From the NCBI GenBank assembly GCA_040756875.1, contig JBFLYH010000001.1, positions 800,001 to 864,000 on the forward strand: a DNA stretch of 64,000 nucleotides, given 5' to 3'. The notes under the pieces are model-generated. The model had not been told where the DNA came from, did no database searches, and saw only the letters and a list, made by a program, of their open reading frames with translations. How positions within the stretch are numbered: position 1 is the stretch's first letter; every line of letters begins with the position of its first letter. Origin of the DNA: a candidate division FCPU426 bacterium. Its GTDB lineage: Bacteria; Oederibacteriota; JAAXVQ01; JAUVAV01. The translations under genes were made by a program, and so were the position numbers. Positions 30,799 to 44,357 of the stretch are shown here, one piece after another.

Positions 30799-30933
30799 TT
30801 AGGGCAGGGCCCTAGCAAAACACCCTAGAACTACTCGCAGCCAAAGCGTTAGTTGAAGTTCGTTATTAAAACTAACCGCAATAAAACAGGCCCAACCTAA
30901 AGTGATTGTTAGGACACGTATTAGTTTGGCCAA
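30799..30933 (-). CDS. Small hydrophobic peptide, 44 aa (not in ORF track)
   Basis: TTG start 7 nt after AAGGAGGT; MAKLIRVLTITLGWACFIAVSFNNELQLTLWLRVVLGCFARALP. Confidence 0.55.
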   Translation of the reverse strand: MAKLIRVLTITLGWACFIAVSFNNELQLTLWLRVVLGCFARALP

Positions 30934-31035
30934 GGTCAACACCTCCTTCTTTTCAGAAGCTGGTGTTTTACCAGGGTCATCCTGCCACGCATTAGGCCAT
31001 GCCCTAAATACTTTATCCTCCTTGTTGTATCATTA

Positions 31036-31074
31036 GAAAAAGTCCCCGCGGAGTTTCCTCCACGGGGGCTTTTT
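31036..31074 (-). terminator. Second rrn terminator-like hairpin (related copies near 30746-30777 and 26345-26382)
   Basis: AAAAAGTCCCCGCGGAG..CTCCACGGGGGCTTTT. Confidence 0.75.
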
Positions 31075-31162
31075 AACCTTACACATCAAACGAGCAATTG
31101 AGCAATTTGACCGCCCCGAGTGGAATGGGATTGATATGCGCCTTCGGCGACCTTGGGGCTCT

Positions 31163-31221
31163 GAATTTAAATTAAAAAAAGCCCCAGGGGGTTTCCCTGG
31201 GGCTTTTTTTAATTTAAATTC
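31163..31221 (-). terminator. rrn operon terminator
   Basis: Perfect 27-bp inverted repeat GAATTTAAATTAAAAAAAGCCCCAGGG directly after the 5S gene. Confidence 0.9.
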
Positions 31222-31336
31222 CGGCGGCGTCCTACTTTCCCACACAGTTACCCGTGCAGTATCATCGGCTCTGAGGGGCTTAACGACCGTGTTCGGAATG
31301 GGAACGGGTGTGGCCCCCTCGATATGGCCACCGGAA
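31219..31336 (-). rRNA. rrf: 5S ribosomal RNA
   Basis: Sense CACCCGTTCCCATTCCGAACACGG..GTAGGACGCCGCCGG; complementary ends. Confidence 0.97.
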
Positions 31337-31463
31337 AGCGTTGGCTTCGCAAATTGTTCCAATCCCCATACCGGCGGATTGGACTTTCGGACATAATGAG
31401 AGCTGTATTTTCGAGCTGAGAAGGCAGAATGACAAACGACCATATGCTTTACAGCCAAATAAT

Positions 31464-34504
<3,041 letters not shown>

Positions 34505-34705
34505 ATTATATGGCTATCAAGCATTCATTTGGGTTCGCTTGGCATTCTACTTACCCAACTCGAGAAATTGCAGCTCTCATTATGTCAAAGAACGATAGGC
34601 TTTCCAGCCTACGTTAGGAAAAGCGCTACGCACCCATAGGGTGTTTGGCGCTATATGTTCAGCCGATCTTTCCGGCTTTATCCTCTATTTATCACCCATA
34701 AAAGC

Positions 34706-34781
34706 TGGTGGAGATGAGCGGGCTCGAACCGCCGACCCCCTGCTTGCAAAGCAGGTGCTCTCCCAGCTGAGCTACATCCCC
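34706..34781 (-). tRNA. tRNA-Ala (UGC)
   Basis: GGGGATGTAGCTCAGCTGGGAGAGC..TTGCAA..TTCGAG..CCA, 76 nt. Confidence 0.97.
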
Positions 34782-34890
34782 GAATATTACCGAGAATCGA
34801 GCAACTTGAGCACATTGGTCGAAATCGAGCATTGTCTGCTCAACTTCCCTGCTTGCTCGATTTCTCCGCTCCGCGCAGGCGGCGCGGAGC

Positions 34891-34967
34891 TGGTGGGCCT
34901 TTCAGGGATTGAACCTGAGACCTCACGCTTATCAAGCGTGCGCTCTAACCAGCTGAGCTAAAGGCCC
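34891..34967 (-). tRNA. tRNA-Ile (GAU)
   Basis: GGGCCTTTAGCTCAGCTGGTTAGAGC..TGATAA..TTCAAT..CCA, 77 nt. Confidence 0.97.
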
Positions 34968-35106
34968 ACCTCGTTGCCCAACTTGGCAGGCCTTGAACAG
35001 GCCGCATCGGTCTTTCAAAACTAGGCAGCAAAAGCACTTGATGAGTTCGACTTGGGAGACCCGCAGGACGAGCCTGCGGGGTACCAGAGGCCAAAAGCCC
35101 CTGATG

Positions 35107-36684
<1,578 letters not shown>

Positions 36685-36846
36685 AATTCGAAATAGCTCT
36701 TTTTAGTCAAAGAACGACAAGGACCTCACCATGTATCTTTCGCTGCCTAGTTTTCAAAGACCGATCATTTTTCGCGCGGGCGAAAAATATAAACCCCGTA
36801 TCTGCAGGCCCAATCGCAGGATCGGGCAGTAGCAGACAAGGTCTGC

Positions 36847-36874
36847 ATTATACAGATCCGCAGATGAGTGTCAA
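36847..36874 (-). promoter_or_regulatory. rRNA promoter P2 (sigma70)
   Basis: TTGACA-16 bp-TATAAT with an upstream A/T tract (UP-element-like). Confidence 0.88.
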
Positions 36875-36948
36875 GTTTTTTTTAAAAAAATTATTTATTC
36901 CGAAAACACGCGAGGATTGCGGGATTGTCGGGATAAATAGGCAAAGGA

Positions 36949-36977
36949 AGCATATCCTTATTCGGTTTGCTTGTCAA
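36949..36977 (-). promoter_or_regulatory. rRNA promoter P1 (sigma70)
   Basis: TTGACA-17 bp-TATGCT about 100 bp upstream of P2. Confidence 0.7.
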
Positions 36978-36982
36978 GCTTA

Positions 36983-39268
36983 TTATGTCAATAAACGGTC
37001 GAGGTCTTCATCCTGCCAGAACAAAACGGAACGGCTGTCGTCGCCTTTCCAGGGCTCGCTTTTCTCGCCTTTTTCCAAATGCCTCAGAAATGCCTCTACC
37101 AGTTCGGGATCAAATTGAGTCCCGGAAAACTTTTTAAGTTCAGCCACTGCCACGCTGATGGGCAGCGCTTTGCGGTAGGCGCGGTCCGAAGTCATGACGT
37201 CCCAGGCGTCGGCCACGGCCACGATTCTGGCGCCCAGCGGAATGCTGTTCCCGGCTTTGCCTTCGGGATAGCCTCCGCCGGCATAGCGTTCGTGATGATA
37301 CAAAATCGTGGGGATCAGGTCTTTCAAAGACTCGATATTTTGTACGATAGACACGCCGAGAATGGGATGCATGGCAATGGTGTCGAATTCCCTGGGCGTT
37401 AATTTGGAAGGTTTGTTTAAAACCGCCTCGGAAATGCCGATCTTGCCGATATCGTGCAACAGAGCGCCATATCTGATTTTCTCGATTTCCTTCTCTTTCA
37501 AACCCATCTCGCGGGCGATAGCCGTGGCATACACCATGACTTTATGCGAATGGCCATGGGTATAGTGGTCCTTGGCATCCACCGCCGCGGCCAGTGCTTT
37601 AATGGAATTTAAATAATCGCGACGCAAGGCGCTGACGAGATGAACGTTTTCAATGGCAATGGCCGCCTGCGACGCCAGCGAGGAAAGGGTATTCAAGTTG
37701 TCATTGGAAAACTGATGGCCGCGCGCCGGATCCGTCAGGCAGATGATGCCGAACTTTTTATTGCTCAGGCACATCGGCGCCGCCAGCAGGATATGACCCG
37801 TATAGATCTCGTCCGTGCCGGGATCGTACATGGGGCTTTGCGTTACATTGGAAATCAGGACTGCCTGGTCCTTCTGATAAATGTGTCCGGTGATGCCGCG
37901 ATTGACCGGCAGTGGCGCCAGATGGCCCTGGGATTCAAGCCCGAAGGAGGCCCGAACAACCAATTCATCCCGGTCCTGGTCATAAATAAGCAAAAAACCC
38001 CGCCTGGCTTTCATGACTTGCATGGTGCGCTTTAAGATCGTCTCGAACAATTCCCCCAGCCGCTTGATGGAGCCGATGTTTTTTCCCACTTCGAAGAGAA
38101 GGGAGAGGTGGTCGGCTTTGCGGCGCAATTCCTCGTACATCTCGACGTTTTGAAGCACCTCCGAGGCCTGCGAACCCAGAGTGCCGAACAATTCCAGGTC
38201 ATTGCGGGAAAAGGCCTCGGGATTTGAGCTTTCCACGGTGATGGTTCCCACTACGCGGTTTTTAGTGCGCAAGGGAACGCACATTTTGCATCTGGATTCC
38301 GGATGGATCGCTTTGCGCCGGGGAGACGCGTCCAGGTTTGTCAGCAACTCGGCTTTGCCGGAAACAGCCACTTCCCCTTCAATGCCCGACCCAACCTTCA
38401 CTTCGAAGCCGCGAAGCTGTTTGGGATCCAACCCGCGCGAAACCCTCACCTTCATGACGTCCGAACCTGATTCTCTGAGCATCAGCGCGCCGGCCGTAGC
38501 CTTCAGCAGGGACATGGCGGTGTCCATGACAAGATTGAGGAGGCGTCCGGAATTATAGGTGGAACTCATCGCAGTATAAATTTCGTGAAACGCCAGCAGG
38601 GCCAAATTCTTCTTCACCAGCATGATATTGGCTTTTTCCAGCTGCCGCGTGGACGTATGGATCCGCAGTTCCATCTCCGACGTCGACTTACGCGCCTCTT
38701 CCAGGGCGTTTTCCTTTTCCGACAGCTGTGAACGCAGTTCCGTTTGGTCGCGGCGGAAGGCCCGTACTCCGAGAGTGGTCAACAGCGTAAGCCCGCATAC
38801 GACGGCCGCCCGTTCCCATGTAAATGGAGACCAAACTGTGCCAGCAGGCGCAAGGTGGATCAGCAGGACCAAAACGGCCAGGGCGCCCGCCCCGCTCAAT
38901 ATCGTCATATGCGGCTTTAGCTGGAAGGCTTGAACCATGATGAGCAAAGGAAGCAGGAAGACCAGCGGACTGGCGATGATCCCGCCGGTATATTGCACCA
39001 GGGCGCCGGTTAAAATCAGATCCACTCCCAATTCCAAATAAGGCTGGATTTTGGAAATTTTGCTGAAATAGGCCCGCAGGGTTAGAATAAAATTATAAAC
39101 AACGGTCAACCCCAAGATGAATAAAACCGGCCAAAATTCAGCAATAGATTTGTTTTGGTTGATTAAAAGGACGACCGCGATGAGCGCCGATATTATCCAC
39201 CACCTGCGGTGGGCATCAAAACGAGCGCGCTGAGGTTGCAGATGCAATTCCTGAGTGGTCATCGACAC
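36983..39268 (-). CDS. Membrane GAF-GAF-HD-GYP c-di-GMP phosphodiesterase
   Basis: N-terminal TMs, two GAF domains, YTHGHS, LLHDIGKIG, HHERYAGGGYP. Confidence 0.92.
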   Translation of the reverse strand: MSMTTQELHLQPQRARFDAHRRWWIISALIAVVLLINQNKSIAEFWPVLFILGLTVVYNFILTLRAYFSKISKIQPYLELGVDLILTGALVQYTGGIIASPLVFLLPLLIMVQAFQLKPHMTILSGAGALAVLVLLIHLAPAGTVWSPFTWERAAVVCGLTLLTTLGVRAFRRDQTELRSQLSEKENALEEARKSTSEMELRIHTSTRQLEKANIMLVKKNLALLAFHEIYTAMSSTYNSGRLLNLVMDTAMSLLKATAGALMLRESGSDVMKVRVSRGLDPKQLRGFEVKVGSGIEGEVAVSGKAELLTNLDASPRRKAIHPESRCKMCVPLRTKNRVVGTITVESSNPEAFSRNDLELFGTLGSQASEVLQNVEMYEELRRKADHLSLLFEVGKNIGSIKRLGELFETILKRTMQVMKARRGFLLIYDQDRDELVVRASFGLESQGHLAPLPVNRGITGHIYQKDQAVLISNVTQSPMYDPGTDEIYTGHILLAAPMCLSNKKFGIICLTDPARGHQFSNDNLNTLSSLASQAAIAIENVHLVSALRRDYLNSIKALAAAVDAKDHYTHGHSHKVMVYATAIAREMGLKEKEIEKIRYGALLHDIGKIGISEAVLNKPSKLTPREFDTIAMHPILGVSIVQNIESLKDLIPTILYHHERYAGGGYPEGKAGNSIPLGARIVAVADAWDVMTSDRAYRKALPISVAVAELKKFSGTQFDPELVEAFLRHLEKGEKSEPWKGDDSRSVLFWQDEDLDRLLT

Positions 39269-39376
39269 ATCCGGTGTAAAATTTTAGGATGACTGACACT
39301 CATTTTTTCACTGGATATAAGTATATCAGAAGAATCACACGCCAACAAGTTCAGGGGCGCAAATCAACAAACAATT

Positions 39377-40174
39377 TTACGGCTGTTTTTCCTTGATAAA
39401 AACGGGGGTCCCGGGGACCGCGTGCAGTTTTGCGGCAGCTGAAGCGTTAGGTGAGATTATTTCCAAATATCCGTTGCTATTGATGATTAAACTCGCCTGT
39501 TCTGCCGGGGCTTCTGAAAAAGTCCTTACCAGCAGAGTGAGTTCATGGGCAGCCACTTGCAGGCTGGCGCCCGGAATACGCAGCCAGATTTCCCCTGGCA
39601 AATTAGTCGTCAAATTTCCAAACCGGTCTTCATGCACGATCCTTCCCCGCCAGATCCCCGCTTCGAAGACGGGTTCGAGTTCTTTAAGGATAACCATGGT
39701 TTTCAAGGGCAGATACCGCGAGGTTTGGAACCCCGAGGCAGCTATCTCAGCGGCCGCGGGGCTGAAAATATCCCGGCCATGAAAGGTATCGGAAACCTCA
39801 CTGCCCACCAGGGGTATTTCATAGATCCGGTGCCGGGGATCAGCCAAAGCCGGCCGGCTGAAAAGTCCGTTGTCAGGGCCGATAAAGAAGTGATCCTGCG
39901 CCTGCAGGATAATAGGCTTCCGGGCGCTTCCCACGCCGGGGTCGACGACACCCACATGAATGGTCCCGGGTGGGAAGGAAGGAAACGCCTCGCCGAGCAG
40001 CCAAGCTCCCCTTTCAATGTCCCAGGGTGGAACTTCATGCGTGATATCAATCAGAACAGGAGCCGAGGCATTGGGACCGGCCTGGTGTTGAAAGACTCTC
40101 CAGAAAGAGCCTTTCATTTCAGCAACATAACTGTCCTGTGTCCCGAAATCCGTCAACCAGGTGATGATGGTCAC
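39377..40174 (-). CDS. SAM hydroxide adenosyltransferase / chlorinase-fluorinase family (DUF62)
   Basis: LTDFG, VVDPGVG, GPDNG, TFHGRDIF, DRFGN. Confidence 0.9.
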   Translation of the reverse strand: MTIITWLTDFGTQDSYVAEMKGSFWRVFQHQAGPNASAPVLIDITHEVPPWDIERGAWLLGEAFPSFPPGTIHVGVVDPGVGSARKPIILQAQDHFFIGPDNGLFSRPALADPRHRIYEIPLVGSEVSDTFHGRDIFSPAAAEIAASGFQTSRYLPLKTMVILKELEPVFEAGIWRGRIVHEDRFGNLTTNLPGEIWLRIPGASLQVAAHELTLLVRTFSEAPAEQASLIINSNGYLEIISPNASAAAKLHAVPGTPVFIKEKQP

Positions 40175-40262
40175 CAGGCAACCGTCCTGTCAGATGCTTT
40201 ATACGGAAGAGGCCGCCTTCCACCCCGCGCATGACCGGAGGCCGACAGTGCCGCGGCGCCAT

Positions 40263-40646
40263 TCATGTTTTCGGCAGCGGAACCAAGGGACACTCGCCCC
40301 AGAGCTTCTCGAGGGCATAATAACGACGCGCTTCTTCTTGAAAAATGTGAACGATGACATCGCCCAAATCCAAAAGCACCCAGGTGTTCGATTCCAAACC
40401 TTCGCGATGACGGATGATCAGCCGGTGTTCAGCGCACACTCGTTCGATTTCCAGGCGGATGGCGCGGATTTGGGGCGCGGTTCTGGCCGAAACAATGACA
40501 AAGTAATCGGTGATGATTGAACGTTCTTCCATGTCCAGAATAACCGGACGCAGGGCTTTTTTATTGGCCGCGGCGCAAGCCAGGAGCTGGGCTTTGCGTC
40601 GACCGGAGAGACTGGCTGGACGTTTGGAGATGACCTTTTTCCGCAA
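40263..40646 (-). CDS. rsfS: Ribosome silencing factor
   Basis: DYFVIVS, WVLLDLGDVIVHIF, YYALEKLW. Confidence 0.92.
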   Translation of the reverse strand: MRKKVISKRPASLSGRRKAQLLACAAANKKALRPVILDMEERSIITDYFVIVSARTAPQIRAIRLEIERVCAEHRLIIRHREGLESNTWVLLDLGDVIVHIFQEEARRYYALEKLWGECPLVPLPKT

Positions 40647-41310
40647 GACTGATGAACACCCCCTTGCCGATGATGATGTGATCCAACAACCGCAATCCCA
40701 ATAATTCCGCGCCGGCTGCCAAACGTTGCGTCAGCGCAACATCGGATTCGCTGGGCGCAGGATCCCCGCTGGGATGATTATGCGCCACGATGACAGCCGC
40801 TGTCGGATGGGACAGGGCGGCGCGGAACACTTCGCGTGGATGAACCGGGGCCTGATCCAGGCCGCCCAGGCTGATGACCGGCTCTGCCAATAAGCGGTGC
40901 CGGCTGTCGAGCAACAACAGGCAAAAAGCCTCCTGCTCCAGATCGCGCAACCGGGCGGAAATCAATTTGGCCGCCTCTTGGGATGAGCGGACAGGCGGCC
41001 GGGCGGCAACCGCCGGCCGTTCACGCCTGCGGCCCAGCTCACAGGCGGCCACCAGCCGCGACGCTTTGGCTATTCCGATTCCCGAAAGAGCCGCCAAGTC
41101 CGAGACAGCCAGCCTGCCCAGACGCTCCAGGCCTTCACTGCGCTGCAACAAACGCCGTCCCAGATCCACGGCTGTCACTCCCCTGGTTCCCTGGCCCAGA
41201 AGAATGGCGATCAGTTCAGCGTCCGAAAGACTGGCCGGGCCCAGGCGCGCCAGCCGCTCGCGCGGTTTGTCCATCTCCGGCCACTGCGAAAGGGGAACGA
41301 GCCGATCCAT
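40561..41310 (-). CDS. radC: RadC/JAB-domain protein
   Basis: PRERL, LSDAELIAILL, VHPREVF, AHNHPSGDPAPS, LLDHIII. Confidence 0.92.
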   Translation of the reverse strand: MDRLVPLSQWPEMDKPRERLARLGPASLSDAELIAILLGQGTRGVTAVDLGRRLLQRSEGLERLGRLAVSDLAALSGIGIAKASRLVAACELGRRRERPAVAARPPVRSSQEAAKLISARLRDLEQEAFCLLLLDSRHRLLAEPVISLGGLDQAPVHPREVFRAALSHPTAAVIVAHNHPSGDPAPSESDVALTQRLAAGAELLGLRLLDHIIIGKGVFISLAEKGHLQTSSQSLRSTQSPAPGLRRGQ

Positions 41311-41403
41311 AGGTTTCCTCCCAAGGGGGTATACCTCCTTTGACAGGAAACCCGATAATTCCATGCACCCGTTTCCACGGGCGTGGCTTTTCCGCTGAAA
41401 CGC

Positions 41404-42270
41404 CTAGCGCATGTCCTTGGGCAACTCATACCCCGCGTCAAAAGCGTTATCGTCCACTTGATCCAGCGCTTCCCTGCCGATCGGTTTGGCGCCGGATTCC
41501 TCTTTGGCGCTTTCCGCTTCCGACCCCGCGGGTTTGGCCGGCAGAGCGGGCTCCGTACGCACGATGTCCTTGGCTTGTTTCAATTTTTCCTCATCCGCCT
41601 GGTACAAACTGATTTCCACACGGCCGTTCAGCGTGCGGTGATAATCCGTATCATTGGGGACCACCGGCCGGGAGGGGCCGAACCCCGCGGTCATTATTTG
41701 AACCGGATCCAATCCGCCCTCGGCCGCGAGCAATTGGGCCACTGTTGAAGCCCTGGCCGTCGAGAGGTACAGCAAGGAAGGGTACTGTTTTTTCGCCGCA
41801 GCGGTGAGCTCCTGCAGGCTGGTATGGTCGGTCACCCTGATTTCCATGTCCGAATACGGATTGAGCACGCGCGCGATCTTCAGAAGCAGGGAGCGGCCCG
41901 AAGGCAACAGACGGTCCGATTGGCCAGAAAACAATTGCTTGTCTAAAATGACCAACCGCATGTCCTCGTCCCCTTGTTCCACGGCGATTTCCCTGCTCCG
42001 CACTTCCCGGGACAGGCGCCGTTCCATCTGTTCCCGGATTTGATCAAGGCGTTGCAGAGCGGACACGGTCGCGGTGGAAACGGTGGCATCCGGATTTGCC
42101 GCCAGGGATTTCAGGCGCTTGATTTCCTGCGTTAATTGCTCGTTGGCGCTTTGCAAATTTTGGTTTTCCTGTTTGATGGTCTGATACTCCAGTCCGGACC
42201 GGATCATTCCGCTTTGCATGGCCAGCAGAAACAGCACCAAACACACCACCAAAGTGATCAGTTCTCTCAT
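41404..42270 (-). CDS. MotB/OmpA-like membrane-anchored protein (degenerate)
   Basis: N-terminal TM, coiled coil, LSTARA, AGFGPSRP, NGRVEI. Confidence 0.75.
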   Translation of the reverse strand: MRELITLVVCLVLFLLAMQSGMIRSGLEYQTIKQENQNLQSANEQLTQEIKRLKSLAANPDATVSTATVSALQRLDQIREQMERRLSREVRSREIAVEQGDEDMRLVILDKQLFSGQSDRLLPSGRSLLLKIARVLNPYSDMEIRVTDHTSLQELTAAAKKQYPSLLYLSTARASTVAQLLAAEGGLDPVQIMTAGFGPSRPVVPNDTDYHRTLNGRVEISLYQADEEKLKQAKDIVRTEPALPAKPAGSEAESAKEESGAKPIGREALDQVDDNAFDAGYELPKDMR

Positions 42271-44357
42271 TGCCGTGTCTCCTTGCCCTTTTTTCCGTCC
42301 GGAGAGGGCAATTGCACCACATGCTCCGCGGCTTCGGCATATTCGGGGCGGCAGCTGAAGAATAGGATCTGCCGGCTGGCTGAAAGGCTGCGCAGGTAAT
42401 CCAATGCCGCCCGTTCCCGTTCAGGATCGAAAGCGCTCAGCGGTTCGTCCAAGAATAGCGGCGGTTTTCTGCCGCCGCTCAAGGCATCGGTCAGCGCCAG
42501 GCGCAGACTCAGGAAAAACTGGTCGAAAGCCCCCTGCGACAGGACTTCGGGTCCTTCCCACTTGGAGGTTTCAGGTATAAATATCTTACTGGATAAATCC
42601 TCATCGTCAATCGCAATGTTTTTATAGCGGCCTTCGCTCAGCTGTGACCAAAGCTCTCCTGCCTGCTTTTCCAGAACCTGGCGGGCCGGATGCAGGGTAT
42701 CCCGGCGGGCCTGATCCAGCAATTCCAAGGTGGTTTTCAGCACGCGCTCGCGCCGTTCCAAATAAGCGATCCGCCGCCGTATTTCCTCCGCCTGTTCCTC
42801 CGCCTCTGCCAGCCCCTCTTCGAGGCGGGCATCCTGTTCCTGCAAAACCCGCCATCGTTCCGTTTCCGTTTCCAGGGTTTTCAGACGTTCGACAGCCGCT
42901 TCCCGTTCACGCTGCCTAGCGGCCAATTCGGCAGGGGCAAGGCGCAGGGGGTTTAATTCCGGATCAGCCAATACGTCCTCGACCAAACGCAGCTCACGAC
43001 GTACGGCTTGCCAAGGCTCGGGATCCGTCCGGCCCATGGCCGCCAGCGAGCGCGCCAGGGCTTCCCGTTCCGCTCGCAATGCCAGCAGCCGTTCCCAAGA
43101 TTGCAGCAGCGCTTCCGGCGGCAGGGCGCCCGCCGGTTCGCATAGGGCCTTTATCCGGCTCTCCTGAGCGGCCCGCTCGGTTTGCGCTTCCTCGGTTTGC
43201 GTTTGGCGCCGCCTGGTTTGAGCATGCTGGTTCCGTTTTTTTGCCCAACCGGCCGCCGTGGTTCCCAATCCCGCCAACACCAGCAGCCAGCCCGCCCAGG
43301 CACCCCCCTGCCATATCAGCCAGGACCCGGCCAGGGCCAATATGGCTCCGCTCGCGAGAAGAATCCAGGCGCTGCGGTCCGCCGGAAGGGCGGGTTCCAC
43401 GCCGCTAGGCGCTGCCGCTTTTCGCGCCAGCAGATTTTTTAGCTCCTCGATTCCGGCCGCCGGACACCGCGCCGCGGATTCCGCCTCGATTTTCCGGTCA
43501 AGTCGTTCCAGTTCTTCCTGCCATTGGCGGCGGCGCTGGTCCGCCTTTTCGTATTCCGCGTCCCTGAGAATCAACTCCTGTCGCCTCCGGTCGGCTTGGG
43601 ACAGTTTCTCGTTGGCGGCCAGCAATCTGTTTAAGTTGTCCGTGCGTTCGCGCAAGGCGTTCAATTCCAAGGTTGCGGAAGCCCAACGGGTTTCGCGGTC
43701 CTGCCGGTCCCGTTGCTTGCCGGCCATTTCAGCCTGGCGGGCCTGCCAGCGCAGGAGTTGTTCCCTGGCGGCTTTCAACGGACCCGGGTCCTTGGCCGGC
43801 GCCCGTTCGCCTTTGCCCAGCAAACGGAGCGCGTCCTCCAGACGTTTTATCGCGGTCAATGCGTCCTGGCCGGAACTGGCGCCGGTCATCAGACCGGCCA
43901 GCATCTGACCGGTTTGCTTCCGGCTTTCGCGGCTTCCCAAATTGGCCAGGGAACGCACATCCAGCGAGGCGCAAAGGCGGAACAGATCCTCGCTGGGCAG
44001 GCCCAGGGTTTCCAGGACCTGGGACTGGATGGTTTTATACGTGCGGAATTGTTCCTCGCCGCGCAGCAGAAAGATTTTGTTGCCGGCGAAATCCTTGCGT
44101 AATTGGCATAGAACGCCGGCGTCATCGAGGTACTCAAGGCGCACTTCGCAAGGCTCGGTTTGTCCCCAGGTGGTCGCGCTGCGCACGCTGTCGCTGGTCG
44201 TGGTGGGATTGCCGAAAAAAGCCAGCAATAACGCTTCGCGCAGAGTGGTTTTCCCGGATTCATTGGGGCCCCAAATGACGTTGAACCCGGGTTGAAAAGT
44301 GAAACAGGCATGTTTGAATTGTTTGTAGCGGAACAGTTCCAGCTGCTTCAGGACCAT
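42267..44357 (-). CDS. SMC/Rad50-like ATPase, YhaN type (central TM hairpin)
   Basis: Walker A GPNESGKT, coiled coils, signature LSQG, Walker B LFLDEP. Confidence 0.88.
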   Translation of the reverse strand: MVLKQLELFRYKQFKHACFTFQPGFNVIWGPNESGKTTLREALLLAFFGNPTTTSDSVRSATTWGQTEPCEVRLEYLDDAGVLCQLRKDFAGNKIFLLRGEEQFRTYKTIQSQVLETLGLPSEDLFRLCASLDVRSLANLGSRESRKQTGQMLAGLMTGASSGQDALTAIKRLEDALRLLGKGERAPAKDPGPLKAAREQLLRWQARQAEMAGKQRDRQDRETRWASATLELNALRERTDNLNRLLAANEKLSQADRRRQELILRDAEYEKADQRRRQWQEELERLDRKIEAESAARCPAAGIEELKNLLARKAAAPSGVEPALPADRSAWILLASGAILALAGSWLIWQGGAWAGWLLVLAGLGTTAAGWAKKRNQHAQTRRRQTQTEEAQTERAAQESRIKALCEPAGALPPEALLQSWERLLALRAEREALARSLAAMGRTDPEPWQAVRRELRLVEDVLADPELNPLRLAPAELAARQREREAAVERLKTLETETERWRVLQEQDARLEEGLAEAEEQAEEIRRRIAYLERRERVLKTTLELLDQARRDTLHPARQVLEKQAGELWSQLSEGRYKNIAIDDEDLSSKIFIPETSKWEGPEVLSQGAFDQFFLSLRLALTDALSGGRKPPLFLDEPLSAFDPERERAALDYLRSLSASRQILFFSCRPEYAEAAEHVVQLPSPDGKKGKETRQ

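Noticed and set aside
26400-30920. Classical integron attC array (CCTAAC / GTTAGG cores)
   Set aside because: Cores do not form consistent RYYYAAC..GTTRRRY pairs with L-box hairpins after each gene and no intI is present; IntegronFinder would settle it.
39377-40174. True fluorinase/chlorinase
   Set aside because: The FHGRD motif and housekeeping context fit the widespread DUF62 SAM hydrolase; there is no halometabolite cluster nearby.
40561-41310. RadC as a marker of a mobile element
   Set aside because: It is the full-length chromosomal type embedded in a housekeeping operon.
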